Below, in pieces: positions 1-11,100 of a DNA stretch of 64,000 bases. A program made the position numbers and the translations under genes. The first letter of the stretch is position 1. Every line of letters begins with the position of its first letter. The notes beneath the pieces are model-generated. The model made no database searches. It was not told the DNA's origin and saw only the letters and a program-made list of their open reading frames with translations. This stretch comes from Pseudomonadota bacterium (GTDB taxonomy: Bacteria > Pseudomonadota > Alphaproteobacteria > Rhizobiales > JAKPQE01): positions 48,614 to 112,613 of the forward strand of contig JAKPQE010000150.1 in assembly GCA_029572955.1 (NCBI GenBank), given 5' to 3'.

Positions 1-990
1 GTGCTTTCCTCGGTCACCGGAACGGTGCTGTCGCGGGCCTGGTTCGGGGATATCGCCGCCTTCAAGGTGCCGCCCTACCAGATCACCTCCTATCTGGAGG
101 TGCCGGCCTTCGCTCTCCTCGGCCTCGTCGCCGCGCTCGTCGCGGTGCTGTTCCAGTTCGCCCTGATGGGCACAGACCGGGCGGCCCGCCACGTCAAACT
201 GCCGCTCTGGCAGCGCCCCGTGCTCGGCGGTTTCATCGTCGGCGTGATGGGCGTGTTCGCGCCGCAGATCCTCGGCGTCGGCTATGAGGCGACGAACGCC
301 GCGCTCTACAACTGGCTGTCGCTGCCGGTCATGCTGATGCTGATCTTCCTGAAGACCGGCGCGACCGCCATCACGCTCGCCTCGCGCTTCGGCGGCGGCA
401 TCGTCGCGCCCTCGCTCTATGTCGGCGCGATGACCGGCGGCGCCTTCGGCCTCATCGCCGCGGCCGTGGTGCCCGACATGGCCTCGAGCCAGGGGCTCTA
501 CGCGATCCTCGGCATGGGTGCGGTGGCGGCCGCTGTGCTCGGCGCGCCGATCTCGACGGCGGTGATGGTGTTCGAGCTGACCGGCGGCTACGCCCTCACC
601 CTCGCGCTGCTGCTCGCGATCTCGATCTCGACCGGGCTGATGCTCGCAATCCACGGCCGCTCCTACTTCCACTGGCAGCTCGAAATGCGCGGCCTCGTCA
701 TCAACGAGGGGCCGCACCGCCATCTGGTGCGCACGGTGAAGGTCGCGGCCTTCACGACGCCGCTCGGCGCCGACGGCGTGCTGCCCGACGGCATCGCGAC
801 GGCCACGACCCTTTCCCCGGGCGACACCCTCGAAAAGGCCCTGAGGGCTTTCGACGAATGCGGCGGCGCGCCGATCCCCGTCGTCGATCCGGCCCGGCCC
901 GACGAGCCGGTCGGCTATGTCGAACAGGTGCGGGCGCTCGCCTATTTCAACTCGACGCTGATCGAGACGAGCCTCGAGGAACACCACTAG
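1..990 (+). CDS. ClC-family chloride channel/H+ antiporter, 5'-truncated by window edge, C-terminal CBS-like domain
   Basis: Hydrophobic helices, ClC motifs GVGYE, GGGIVAPSLYVGA, APISTAVMVFELTG. Confidence 0.88.
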   Translation: MLSSVTGTVLSRAWFGDIAAFKVPPYQITSYLEVPAFALLGLVAALVAVLFQFALMGTDRAARHVKLPLWQRPVLGGFIVGVMGVFAPQILGVGYEATNAALYNWLSLPVMLMLIFLKTGATAITLASRFGGGIVAPSLYVGAMTGGAFGLIAAAVVPDMASSQGLYAILGMGAVAAAVLGAPISTAVMVFELTGGYALTLALLLAISISTGLMLAIHGRSYFHWQLEMRGLVINEGPHRHLVRTVKVAAFTTPLGADGVLPDGIATATTLSPGDTLEKALRAFDECGGAPIPVVDPARPDEPVGYVEQVRALAYFNSTLIETSLEEHH

Positions 991-1239
991 AGACGTTGGT
1001 CTTGTCACGGAATCGACGATCGGCCCGTCGTCTTCGTATTGGCGCGTTTGGCGACGGCGGACCGCTGTCCACTGCGCCTCGAAACGCGCTGGACGGGCCG
1101 ACAAAGCGATTCATGTTTCCAGGATAATCTTTTGAAATATCTACATATTCTATGAGCTGCCCGGCGGCCGGCCGCTTGTCGCGACCGGCTCCGGTATCGA
1201 TTCAACGCGGACTCGCAAGCCCTTGGCCGGGAATCGCTT

Positions 1240-2055
1240 TTACGCCGAGAGGTGTTCGCCGAAGAAGGCGAGCGTGCGATCCCAGGCGAGCTTGGCGTCC
1301 TCGGCGTCGTAGCGCGCGCCGGTCGGGTTGGCGAAGGCGTGGTTGGCCTCGTACCAGTTGACGGTGAGGCTCGCGGTCTTGCCGGCCTTTTCCATCTCGG
1401 CCTCGAAGCCCGATACCATCTCCTTGTCGATGTTCTGGTCGAGCGTGCCGAAATGGCCGAGCACCGGGCCCGCGAGCTTGCCGAGGTCGTCGGCCTTCCT
1501 GGCGACGTTGCCGTAATAGACGACGGTCGCATCGACCGGTGTCGCGATCGAGGCGTTGAGCGACCAGCCGCCGCCGAAGCACCAGCCGACGGTGCCGACC
1601 TTGCCGTTGCCCTTCTCGTGGCCGCGCAGATAGTCGACGGCGGCAACGAGCGTCGCGGTCGCCTTCGCCGGATCGACGGCCTTCATCGCCGCCATCGCCT
1701 CTTCGGCCGAGGTCGCGACCTTGCCGCCATAAAGGTCGACGGCGAGCGCGAGATAGCCGGCATCGGCGAATTCGCGGGCAACCGCCTTGATCTGGTCGTT
1801 GAGGCCCCACCATTCGTGAATGAGCACGAGGGCGCCGGCCGGCGCCTTCTCGGGGACGGCGAGGAAGCCGCTGCCGGCCTCGCCGAAAGTCACCGCCTCG
1901 GTGCGGGCCGCGCTCGCCGCGGCGAGTTCCGGATGGAACAGGATCGCCGCCAGCGGCAGGCTCGCCGCGCCGATCAGAAAGGCGCGCCGATCGGTTTCCG
2001 CCACCACGATCGGCGGCATGTCGTTGTGGGTGCCGCATCCGTCCAGGTCACACAT
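1240..2055 (-). CDS. Dienelactone hydrolase family protein, probable Tat substrate
   Basis: HEWWGLN, GWCFGG nucleophile elbow, HAFANP; N-terminal DRRAFL twin-arginine motif. Confidence 0.88.
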   Translation of the reverse strand: MCDLDGCGTHNDMPPIVVAETDRRAFLIGAASLPLAAILFHPELAAASAARTEAVTFGEAGSGFLAVPEKAPAGALVLIHEWWGLNDQIKAVAREFADAGYLALAVDLYGGKVATSAEEAMAAMKAVDPAKATATLVAAVDYLRGHEKGNGKVGTVGWCFGGGWSLNASIATPVDATVVYYGNVARKADDLGKLAGPVLGHFGTLDQNIDKEMVSGFEAEMEKAGKTASLTVNWYEANHAFANPTGARYDAEDAKLAWDRTLAFFGEHLSA

Positions 2056-2244
2056 CGCCGTTCGCTCTCCTCATCTGGGCAAAAGTCCCGCCTCATAGTT
2101 TTCTAGCGCGACAAGGTCGCTGCGTCATGGCCTCGCGGACCGGGAAGCGATCTCTTTTTCGTGAACACTGCCCCTGCAGGGACGCCGTCCCGTTGCTATA
2201 TTGTTCCTTCGTTCCAGAAGATTCGCGCCCGACCCCGAGGTCCG

Positions 2245-4581
2245 ATGTCCGAATTCGCCAGCTCCCCCCACCCCCGCCCCGGCGGCATCGCCGCGCGGGC
2301 GCTCGGCACCGGGGGCGCGCCCTATCTCGCCGCGCTCAATCCCGAGCAGCGCCGCGCCGTCGAGACGCTCGACGGGCCGGTGCTGGTGCTCGCCGGCGCC
2401 GGCACCGGCAAGACGCGGGTGCTGACGACGCGCATCGCCCACATCCTCGCGACGCGCTCGGCACGGGCGCACGAGATCCTTGCCGTCACCTTCACCAACA
2501 AGGCGGCGCGCGAGATGCGCGAGCGCATCGGCCAACTCGTCGGCGAGGCGGTCGAGGGCATGCAGTGGCTCGGCACGTTCCACTCGATCGGCGTCAAGGT
2601 CCTCAGGCGCCACGCCGAACTCGTCGGGCTGAAGCCGAACTTCACGATCCTCGACACCGACGACCAGATCCGCCTGCTGAAGCAGCTGATCCAGGCCGAG
2701 AACATCGACGAGAAGCGCTGGCCGGCACGCCAGCTCGCCGGCATGATCGACGGCTGGAAGAACCGCGGCCTCGGCCCGCAGGACCTGCGCGGTTCGGACG
2801 ACTTCGCCTATGCCAACGGGCGCGGCGCCGAACTCTACAAGGCCTATCAGACGCGCCTCAAGACGCTCAATGCGGTCGATTTCGGCGACCTGCTCGTCGA
2901 GATGATCCGGCTCTTTCGCGAGAACCCGGACGTGCTCGCTGCCTGGCAGAAGCGCTTCCGCTACATGCTCGTCGACGAGTATCAGGACACCAACGTCGCC
3001 CAGTATCTCTGGCTCCGCCTCTTGTCGCAGAACAACCGCAACCTTTGCTGCGTCGGCGACGACGACCAGTCGATCTACGGCTGGCGCGGCGCCGAGGTCG
3101 ACAACATCCTGCGCTTCGAGCGCGACTTCCCGGGCGCCGCCGTGATCCGGCTCGAGAACAACTACCGCTCGACCGGCCACATCCTCGCCGCCGCCTCGCA
3201 CCTCATCGCCCACAACGAGGGCCGGCTCGGCAAGACGCTCTTCACCGAAGGCGAGATGGGGTCGAAGGTCGAGGTCGCCTCGTCCTGGGACTCCGAGGAA
3301 GAAGCCCGGGCGGTCGGCGCCGAGATCGAGGACCTGCAGCGCGAGGGCCATGCCCTCAACGAGATGGCGATCCTCGTGCGCGCCTCGTTTCAGATGCGCG
3401 AGTTCGAAGACCGCTTCGTCACCCTCGGCCTCAATTATCGCGTCATCGGCGGCCCGCGCTTCTACGAGCGGGCGGAGATCCGCGACGCCCTCGCCTATTT
3501 CCGGGTGACCGCGCAGCCGGCCGACGACCTCGCCTTCGAGCGCATCGTCAACACGCCGCGCCGGGGCATCGGCGACGCAACCCTCTCCGTCGTCCACCGC
3601 TATGCCCGGGCCGAGAACATTCCGCTGCTGCAGGCCGCAAGCGACCTCGTCGAGACCGAGGAGCTGAAGCCGCGGGTGCGCAGCGCCCTCGCCGAGGTCG
3701 TCGCCATGTTCACGCGCTGGCGCGACCAGATGGCCCATCTGCCGCACACCGAGATCGCCGAGATCATCCTGGAAGAATCCGGCTACACCGACATGTGGCA
3801 GAAGGACCGCGCGCCGGACGCGCCGGGGCGCCTCGAAAACCTCAAGGAACTGATCCGCTCGATGGAGGAATACGAGTCGCTGACCGGCTTCCTCGAACAC
3901 GTCTCCCTCGTCATGGACGCGACCGAGGAAGCGGCGATCGATGCGATCAACCTGATGACGCTGCATTCGGCCAAGGGGCTGGAATTCGACACGGTGTTCC
4001 TGCCCGGCTGGGAGGAAGGGCTGTTCCCGCATCAGCGCGCCCTCGACGAGGGCGGTCGCTCGGGCCTCGAGGAGGAGCGGCGGCTCGCCTATGTCGGCAT
4101 CACGCGGGCCAAGCGGCGGGCGCGAATCCGCTTCGCCTCCAACCGGCGCATCCACGGCCTGTGGCAAACCACCCTGCCCTCGCGCTTCCTCGACGAACTG
4201 CCCGAGGCCCATGTCGAGGTGATCGAGGGCGGTTCGTCCTATGGCGGCTACGGCACCTATGGCGCCGGCGGCAGCCGCTTTTCCGGCGGCTTCGCGGGCG
4301 CCGAGGCGTTCTCCTCGAGTTACACCACGCCGGGCTGGCAGCGGGCCAAGGCCAATGCCGGCCGAACCGCCGGCGGGCGAACGCAGCCGCGCCTCATCGA
4401 AGGCGAACTCGTCGCCAAGAGCGTCGTCGAGACCGGCTCGGACTATGCGGTCGGCGAGCGGGTGTTCCACCAGAAATTCGGCTATGGCCGCATCACCCGA
4501 ATCGAAGGCAACAAGCTCTCGATCGACTTCGAGAAGGCCGGGTCCAAGAAGGTCCTCGACAGCTTCGTCGAGCGGCACTGA
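2245..4581 (+). CDS. uvrD: ATP-dependent DNA helicase UvrD/PcrA
   Basis: LAGAGTGKT, TFTNKAA, VDEYQD, NYRS, TLHSAKGLEF, EERRLAYVGITRA; start set at ATG 2245. Confidence 0.93.
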   Translation: MSEFASSPHPRPGGIAARALGTGGAPYLAALNPEQRRAVETLDGPVLVLAGAGTGKTRVLTTRIAHILATRSARAHEILAVTFTNKAAREMRERIGQLVGEAVEGMQWLGTFHSIGVKVLRRHAELVGLKPNFTILDTDDQIRLLKQLIQAENIDEKRWPARQLAGMIDGWKNRGLGPQDLRGSDDFAYANGRGAELYKAYQTRLKTLNAVDFGDLLVEMIRLFRENPDVLAAWQKRFRYMLVDEYQDTNVAQYLWLRLLSQNNRNLCCVGDDDQSIYGWRGAEVDNILRFERDFPGAAVIRLENNYRSTGHILAAASHLIAHNEGRLGKTLFTEGEMGSKVEVASSWDSEEEARAVGAEIEDLQREGHALNEMAILVRASFQMREFEDRFVTLGLNYRVIGGPRFYERAEIRDALAYFRVTAQPADDLAFERIVNTPRRGIGDATLSVVHRYARAENIPLLQAASDLVETEELKPRVRSALAEVVAMFTRWRDQMAHLPHTEIAEIILEESGYTDMWQKDRAPDAPGRLENLKELIRSMEEYESLTGFLEHVSLVMDATEEAAIDAINLMTLHSAKGLEFDTVFLPGWEEGLFPHQRALDEGGRSGLEEERRLAYVGITRAKRRARIRFASNRRIHGLWQTTLPSRFLDELPEAHVEVIEGGSSYGGYGTYGAGGSRFSGGFAGAEAFSSSYTTPGWQRAKANAGRTAGGRTQPRLIEGELVAKSVVETGSDYAVGERVFHQKFGYGRITRIEGNKLSIDFEKAGSKKVLDSFVERH

Positions 4582-4634
4582 AGGCCTCTTCCGGCCGCGG
4601 CACCGCTCGAACGCCACGTTCCTTCAATGACTTA

Positions 4635-4865
4635 CCCCCCTCACCCAACCCTCTCCCCCAAGGGGGCGAGGGCTTTTGGCGCCGTGCCGTTCGCACCACC
4701 TCACCCAAAGGCGGGCTGCTGACCGCGCCTTGCCGAATGGTCCCTCCCGGCACGCCGGGGCGCATGCGCCGTGCAAAACCAACCGACCTCCGAGGCGAGC
4801 GAGGCCGGGCTCGGACCTGCATCTTGCGTCCCCTCTCCCCGCCGGGGAGAGGGACAGGGTGAGGG
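4635..4865. repeat. Inverted pair of REP/RIME-like palindromic elements between convergent uvrD and aminopeptidase P genes
   Basis: CCCTCACCCAACCCTCTCCCCCAAGGGGGCGAGGG (~4638-4672) and the inverted copy CCCTCTCCCCGCCGGGGAGAGGGACAGGGTGAGGG (4831-4865). Confidence 0.8.
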
Positions 4866-4877
4866 TGCTGCGAGACG

Positions 4878-6689
4878 TCAAAGCGGCGCGGTCGCCGCGT
4901 CGAGCCAGACGCGGGCCGTGCCGTCGACGAGCGGCGAAATCGTCTCGCGCACGCGGCCATGATAGGCGTCGAGCCAGGCGCGCTCCTCGGCCGTCAGCAA
5001 CGCCACATCGACGAGGCGCCGATCGATCGGCACGACCGTCAGCGTCTCGAACGACAGCAGCTTCTTCTCGCCGCCCGCGACCTCCTCGGCCGGGCGGACC
5101 AGCACCAGGTTCTCGATGCGGATACCGTAGGCGCCGGTCTTGTAGTAGCCGGGCTCGTTGGAGACGATCATGCCGGGTTCGAGCTTCACCGAACCGGCCT
5201 TCGAGATGCGCTGCGGTCCCTCGTGCACCGAGAGGAAGCTGCCGACGCCATGGCCGGTGCCGTGATCGTAGTCTAGGCCGGCCTGCCAGAGCGAATAGCG
5301 CGCCAGCGTGTCGAGCTGGGCGCCGGTCGTGCCTTCCGGGAAGCGCGCCGCGGCAATCCCGATATGGCCCTTCAGCACGCGGGTGAAGCGGTCGCGCATT
5401 TCCGCCGAGGGCTCGCCGATGGCGACGGTGCGGGTGATGTCGGTGGTGCCGTCGACATACTGGCCGCCGGAATCGACGAGATAGACGCTGCCCGCATCGA
5501 GGACGCGGCTCGTTGCCCGGGTCACGCGATAATGGACGATGGCGCCGTTCGGGCCGGCACCGGAAATCGTGTCGAAGGAGAGGTCCTTCAGCAGGCCGCC
5601 GTCGCGACGGAACGCTTCGAGGCGCTCCGCCGCCGCGATCTCGTCGACCGTGCCCGGCGCCTCTCCCTCGAGCCAGGCGAGGAAGCGGACCATCGCGGCG
5701 CCGTCGCGGACATGGGCGGCACGGGCGCCGGCGATCTCGGCCTCGTTCTTGATCGCCTTCGGATGGGTGCAGGGATCGGCACCGGGAACGAGCGTCGCCC
5801 CGGCCGCCGTCAGCCGCTCGCCGATGGCATGGGGCGCGCCGGCCGGATCGACCAGCACCTTGGCACCGGCCTTGCCGAGCGCATCGAGCACGTCGGCGAA
5901 GTCTTGTGGCGCGCGGATTTCGGCGACGGTCTCGAGGTCGGCGGCAAGCGTCGCATCGAGCCGGGCCCGGTCGAGCAAGAGGCGCGGCAACGCCTTGGCA
6001 ACGAGCACGGCGAAGGCGAGCACCAGCGGCGTGTGCGGGACGTCGGTGCCGCGAATATTGAAGGCCCAGGCAAGCGAGGTCGGGTCGGTCAGCAGCGCCG
6101 CGTCGAGCCCCTTTTCGACGAGGATCGCGTCGAGCTCGGCAAGCTTTTCGGTCCGCGAGCGGCCGGCGAACTCCAGCGGGCGGTCGACGACCGGGCTTGC
6201 CGGCGGCGCCGGTCGATCGGTCCAGACCGCATCGAGCGGGTTCGCCGCCACGGGCACGAGGCTGGCGCCGGCCTTCTCGCAGGCGGCGGCGAGCTTCCTG
6301 ATTTCGTTGCCGGTATGGAGCCACGGGTCGTAGCCGATGCGGGCGCCGGCCGCGGCGTTCCTTGCCAGCCACTCGGCCGGCGGCGTGTCGACGAGGTGTT
6401 CGGGCGAATAGACCGCGACATCGACCTGGTCGCGGACCTGCAGCGTGTAGCGACCGTCGACGAAGATCGCCGCCTTTTCGACAAGGACGACGGCAAGGCC
6501 GGCCGAGCCGGAAAAGCCGGTCAGCCAGGCAAGGCGCTCGCTCGCAGCCGGCAGGTATTCGTTCTGGAATTCGTCGGCATGGGGAACGATGAAGCCGTCG
6601 AGCCCGACGCGCGCCAGTTCGGCACGAAGGGTGGCGGTGCGCGGGGCGCCGACACTCGGGTCGGCGATATCGTCGAAGCTCTGGAACAT
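4878..6689 (-). CDS. Xaa-Pro aminopeptidase (aminopeptidase P, M24B)
   Basis: DSGGQYVDGTTDITRT, HGTGHGVG, HEGP, EPGYY, GIRIEN; start at MFQSFDD. Confidence 0.93.
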   Translation of the reverse strand: MFQSFDDIADPSVGAPRTATLRAELARVGLDGFIVPHADEFQNEYLPAASERLAWLTGFSGSAGLAVVLVEKAAIFVDGRYTLQVRDQVDVAVYSPEHLVDTPPAEWLARNAAAGARIGYDPWLHTGNEIRKLAAACEKAGASLVPVAANPLDAVWTDRPAPPASPVVDRPLEFAGRSRTEKLAELDAILVEKGLDAALLTDPTSLAWAFNIRGTDVPHTPLVLAFAVLVAKALPRLLLDRARLDATLAADLETVAEIRAPQDFADVLDALGKAGAKVLVDPAGAPHAIGERLTAAGATLVPGADPCTHPKAIKNEAEIAGARAAHVRDGAAMVRFLAWLEGEAPGTVDEIAAAERLEAFRRDGGLLKDLSFDTISGAGPNGAIVHYRVTRATSRVLDAGSVYLVDSGGQYVDGTTDITRTVAIGEPSAEMRDRFTRVLKGHIGIAAARFPEGTTGAQLDTLARYSLWQAGLDYDHGTGHGVGSFLSVHEGPQRISKAGSVKLEPGMIVSNEPGYYKTGAYGIRIENLVLVRPAEEVAGGEKKLLSFETLTVVPIDRRLVDVALLTAEERAWLDAYHGRVRETISPLVDGTARVWLDAATAPL

Positions 6690-6806
6690 GGGCTCAAGTT
6701 GTAGAGCGAAGCGGCGGAAAATCCATCGGATTCTGGGCGCCGCGCCGGCCCATCGCCGCACGATCACGCCGCCCCGCACTCCACCGCTCGCCGGGTAGCC
6801 AACACG

Positions 6807-6835
6807 AAAACGGCCGGTGGAGCGCCGGCCGTTTC
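6807..6835 (-). terminator. Probable intrinsic terminator after recA
   Basis: AAAACGGCCGG-loop-CCGGCCGTTT hairpin. Confidence 0.65.
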
Positions 6836-6868
6836 CTCATCCGCCATCTGCCGCCATCCGGCGAAACC

Positions 6869-7948
<1,080 letters not shown>

Positions 7949-7998
7949 CGTCGCGATCCTTATTTCACAGGCGGCAAGCCGTTTCAAACAAGGCCAAT

Positions 7999-8081
7999 GT
8001 ACACATTTTGTTCTATTGCGCAAGGGGTCGGCGAACGATTTGACAAAAAAAGACTATTCAGACTTTGTTCAGAATTTGTTC
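7999..8081 (-). promoter_or_regulatory. Alphaproteobacterial LexA (SOS) boxes upstream of recA
   Basis: GTAC-N7-GTTC at 7999-8013; ATTC-N7-GTTC-N7-GTTC at 8056-8081. Confidence 0.85.
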
Positions 8082-8155
8082 CGGCACGTCGACGGGCAAC
8101 GTCGCGGCCGCTGCGAGCCCCGGTTGCCGGGCGAATCTCCCGCGTGCGATGCCGC

Positions 8156-11100
8156 TCAGTAGTCCCACTCGACCTGGACGCCGACCTTGCTCTTGCCGCC
8201 CGAGCCGACCTCGCCGCGCGCCTTGACGTTCTTCGTCACGTCGATGTCGACGGTGACCTTGCCGCTGTCGGCCGAAGTGCCCTTGCTGACGCCGAGATAG
8301 ACCTTGTCGGTGACGTAGCGGCCGGCCTTGACGTTGGCGCCGCCCTCCTCGTCGCCGGTGACCTCGAGGTCGTCGACGCCGAGGCCCTGGCGCAGGCGGC
8401 CGAGAAGGCCCGGCCCGCCCGAGAGCCCGCCGAGTTCGGCGGCGCTCGCAGCGAGCGATGCGATCTGCGCCGGCGACAGCTTGTCGGTCGTCTTGCCGAA
8501 GATCAGCATGGCCAGCACCTCCTCCTCGGGCAGCGCGGGCGCGGAGGAGAAGGCGAAGGTCGGGTCGCTGGCGCGGCCGCTCACCGTCACGGTGATGACC
8601 GCATCCGAGGTGTCCGTGGTCGCGACGAAATCGAGATAGGGGTCTAGGTCGCCGGAGAAATCGAGGGCGCCGCGCGAAAATTCGAGGCGCTTGCCGAGCA
8701 GCGACAGGCGACCGCGGCGCATCTCGAAGGCGCCCTGGGCAACCGGCGCCGAGGCCGGCCCGGTCAAGCGGATGGTGCCGCCGAGTTCGGTATCGAGGCC
8801 GCGACCGCGCACGAAGATGCGACCCGGCGCGTTGACGAGAATGTCGAGGAGGACGTCGGAGCTGCCGCCACCGCCGCCGGAACTCGCCCGCAGACGCAGC
8901 GCCTGCGCCTCGACGGCCTTCGGCGCGTTGCGATGCTCGACGTCGAGGACGGCGACGCTCGCCGGCAGCTTGTCGGGCACGGTGACGTCGACCTGCTGCA
9001 GATCGACCTTGCCGCGCGCCGTCGCCTGGCCGAGCAGCGGGCCGGAAAGCGCGAGGTCGGCCGAGAAGCGGGCGGTCACCAGCGTGCCGTCGGCATAGAG
9101 GCCGTCGCGCACGGCAAGGGTGATGTCGGCCGGATAGTCGCTGCCCGGCACGATGCCGACGCGACCCGAGGCGGTGAAATTGCCGTTCTTGCCGAGACTG
9201 CCGGTGAGCTTTTCGATCTCGACGCGGTCGCCGGCAAGGCGCAGCGCCGCCACGATGTCGGAGGCGGAAAGGCCGGAGCCCGGATCGCTGAAGCTCGCAC
9301 CCGAGGTCGTCACCCGGCCGCCGATCGCCGGCGCCGGCAGGCGGCCCTTTACCGACAGATCGAGGGCGAGCGTTCCGCCGGCGCGCGCGCCGCGTGCGCC
9401 GAGGCTGCCATTGGCGAGAGCGAGCGGCACGGCGCCGGTCACCTTGACATCGACCGGCTCGACCGAGCCGACCGGCGCGGTGCCGGTGGCGGTGACGTCG
9501 AGCCCGCCGCCGCCGACATGGATGTCGAGGCTGGTGCGCGGCCCGCGCAGCTCGCCCTTGCCGGCGATGTCGAGCGGCAGAAGGCCAAGCCCCCGCGTCT
9601 CGGCAAGCGCGGCCTCGCGCCAGTCGAGCCGCCAGGCGACGACCGGTGCATCGGCGGCGCCGGTGACACGGGCGTCGGCGGTGATGCGGCCGCCGGCGCC
9701 GAGCGCCGGATCGGCGATGTCGAGAAGACGGGCCGGCAGGTCGCGGGCGGCGACGTCGAGGGCGAGGATGTCGCCGGCCTTGCCGGAGACGGTGAGCGTG
9801 CCGCCGGAGACGTCGAAGGCCGCCGGATCGAGGAATTCCGCCCCTTCGGCAACGAGGACGCGGGCCGGGCGAACGAGGCGCAGGGGCAGCCCCTTCCAGT
9901 TGGCATCGAGACTCGACAGGCGGATTTCGGTGCCGCCTTCGGCGGTCGCGAGGATCGCCGCCGCATCGGCGCGGCCGTCCTTCGATCTGGCGGCAAGGGT
10001 GATCGCCGAACCGGCGTCGGCGGGCCGCGCCGCGAGGTCGAGCGTCTCGATGCGCTGCGTCCCGGCGCGCACGGCGCGGGCGGCGAGCGTGCCCTCGACC
10101 GCCGGGGCGGCGAAAGCGGAGGTGATGCGGGCCGAGAGTTCGGCCGAGCCGATGCCGGCCTTCGCCGTCTCGACATTCCGCGCCCGGCCGGCGAGGGCGA
10201 TCACCTGACCGCCGTCGGCGCCGCGGCCGAATTCGGCCCTGGCGGCAAGGCTGCCGGAAAGGTCGGCAAGGACGAGCGGGGCGATCTCGACGAGGTCGGG
10301 AGCCGATATGTCGAGCGGGCCGGTGACGATGCCGTCTGCGGCGATGGCGAGGCGGCCCTTGGCGCGGGCGGCGAGAATGCCGATGTCGATGTCGGCGACC
10401 GAGCCGGCGCCGTCCGGAACGATGCGGGCGGTGCCGCCGATGTCGCGGCCGTCGAGCTTGCCGGAAAGGGAGAGGTCGCCGGTCGGGCCCGGCATCTGCC
10501 CGGAGAGCTTCAGCGCCGCGCCTTCGAGCTTGCGGTCGCCGAAGCGGGCCGTGTCGGCGGTGATTTCGGCCGTGACGACAGGGGCCTCGGGCGTGCCGGT
10601 CACCGTCGCGGCGAGATCGACGGCGCCGGTGGCGGTCGGCTCGAGGCGGGCGAGATTATCAATCCGCCCCTTGGCGGCGAGGTCGACGGTCGCGCCCCAG
10701 TCGCCAGAAAGCGTCAGCCGCACGGCGGCGTTCGAAGCCGTGAGTTCATGGATGGCGAGGCCGCCCTCGTCGGTCAGATCGAGGACGAGGTCGAGCTTGT
10801 CGCCGAAGAGGCGATCGAGCGCCGCGGTGCCGGTCGCGAGGCCGGAAAGCGGGCCGGCGAGCGCCACCCGCGTCGCCGCGCCGTCGCGCGCGGCCGTTCC
10901 GACAAGCGCGGCGCGGATCTCCGAGCCGAGGCTGCGGCCGGCGGCGAAAGCGTCGGCGGCGACGAGGTCGAGCGTCAGGGTCGTCTCGTCGAGCACGGCA
11001 AGGCCCGGCGCGGCGCGACCCGACGCACTGACGGCAAGGCCGCCAACGCGGGCGTCGGGCATCGCCAGGCCGTCGCCGTCGATTTTCAGGCGCCAGTCGG

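Noticed and set aside
1-990. ClC channel as part of a chlorine-stress module
   Set aside because: 15 kb away and separated by housekeeping genes; no evidence of linkage
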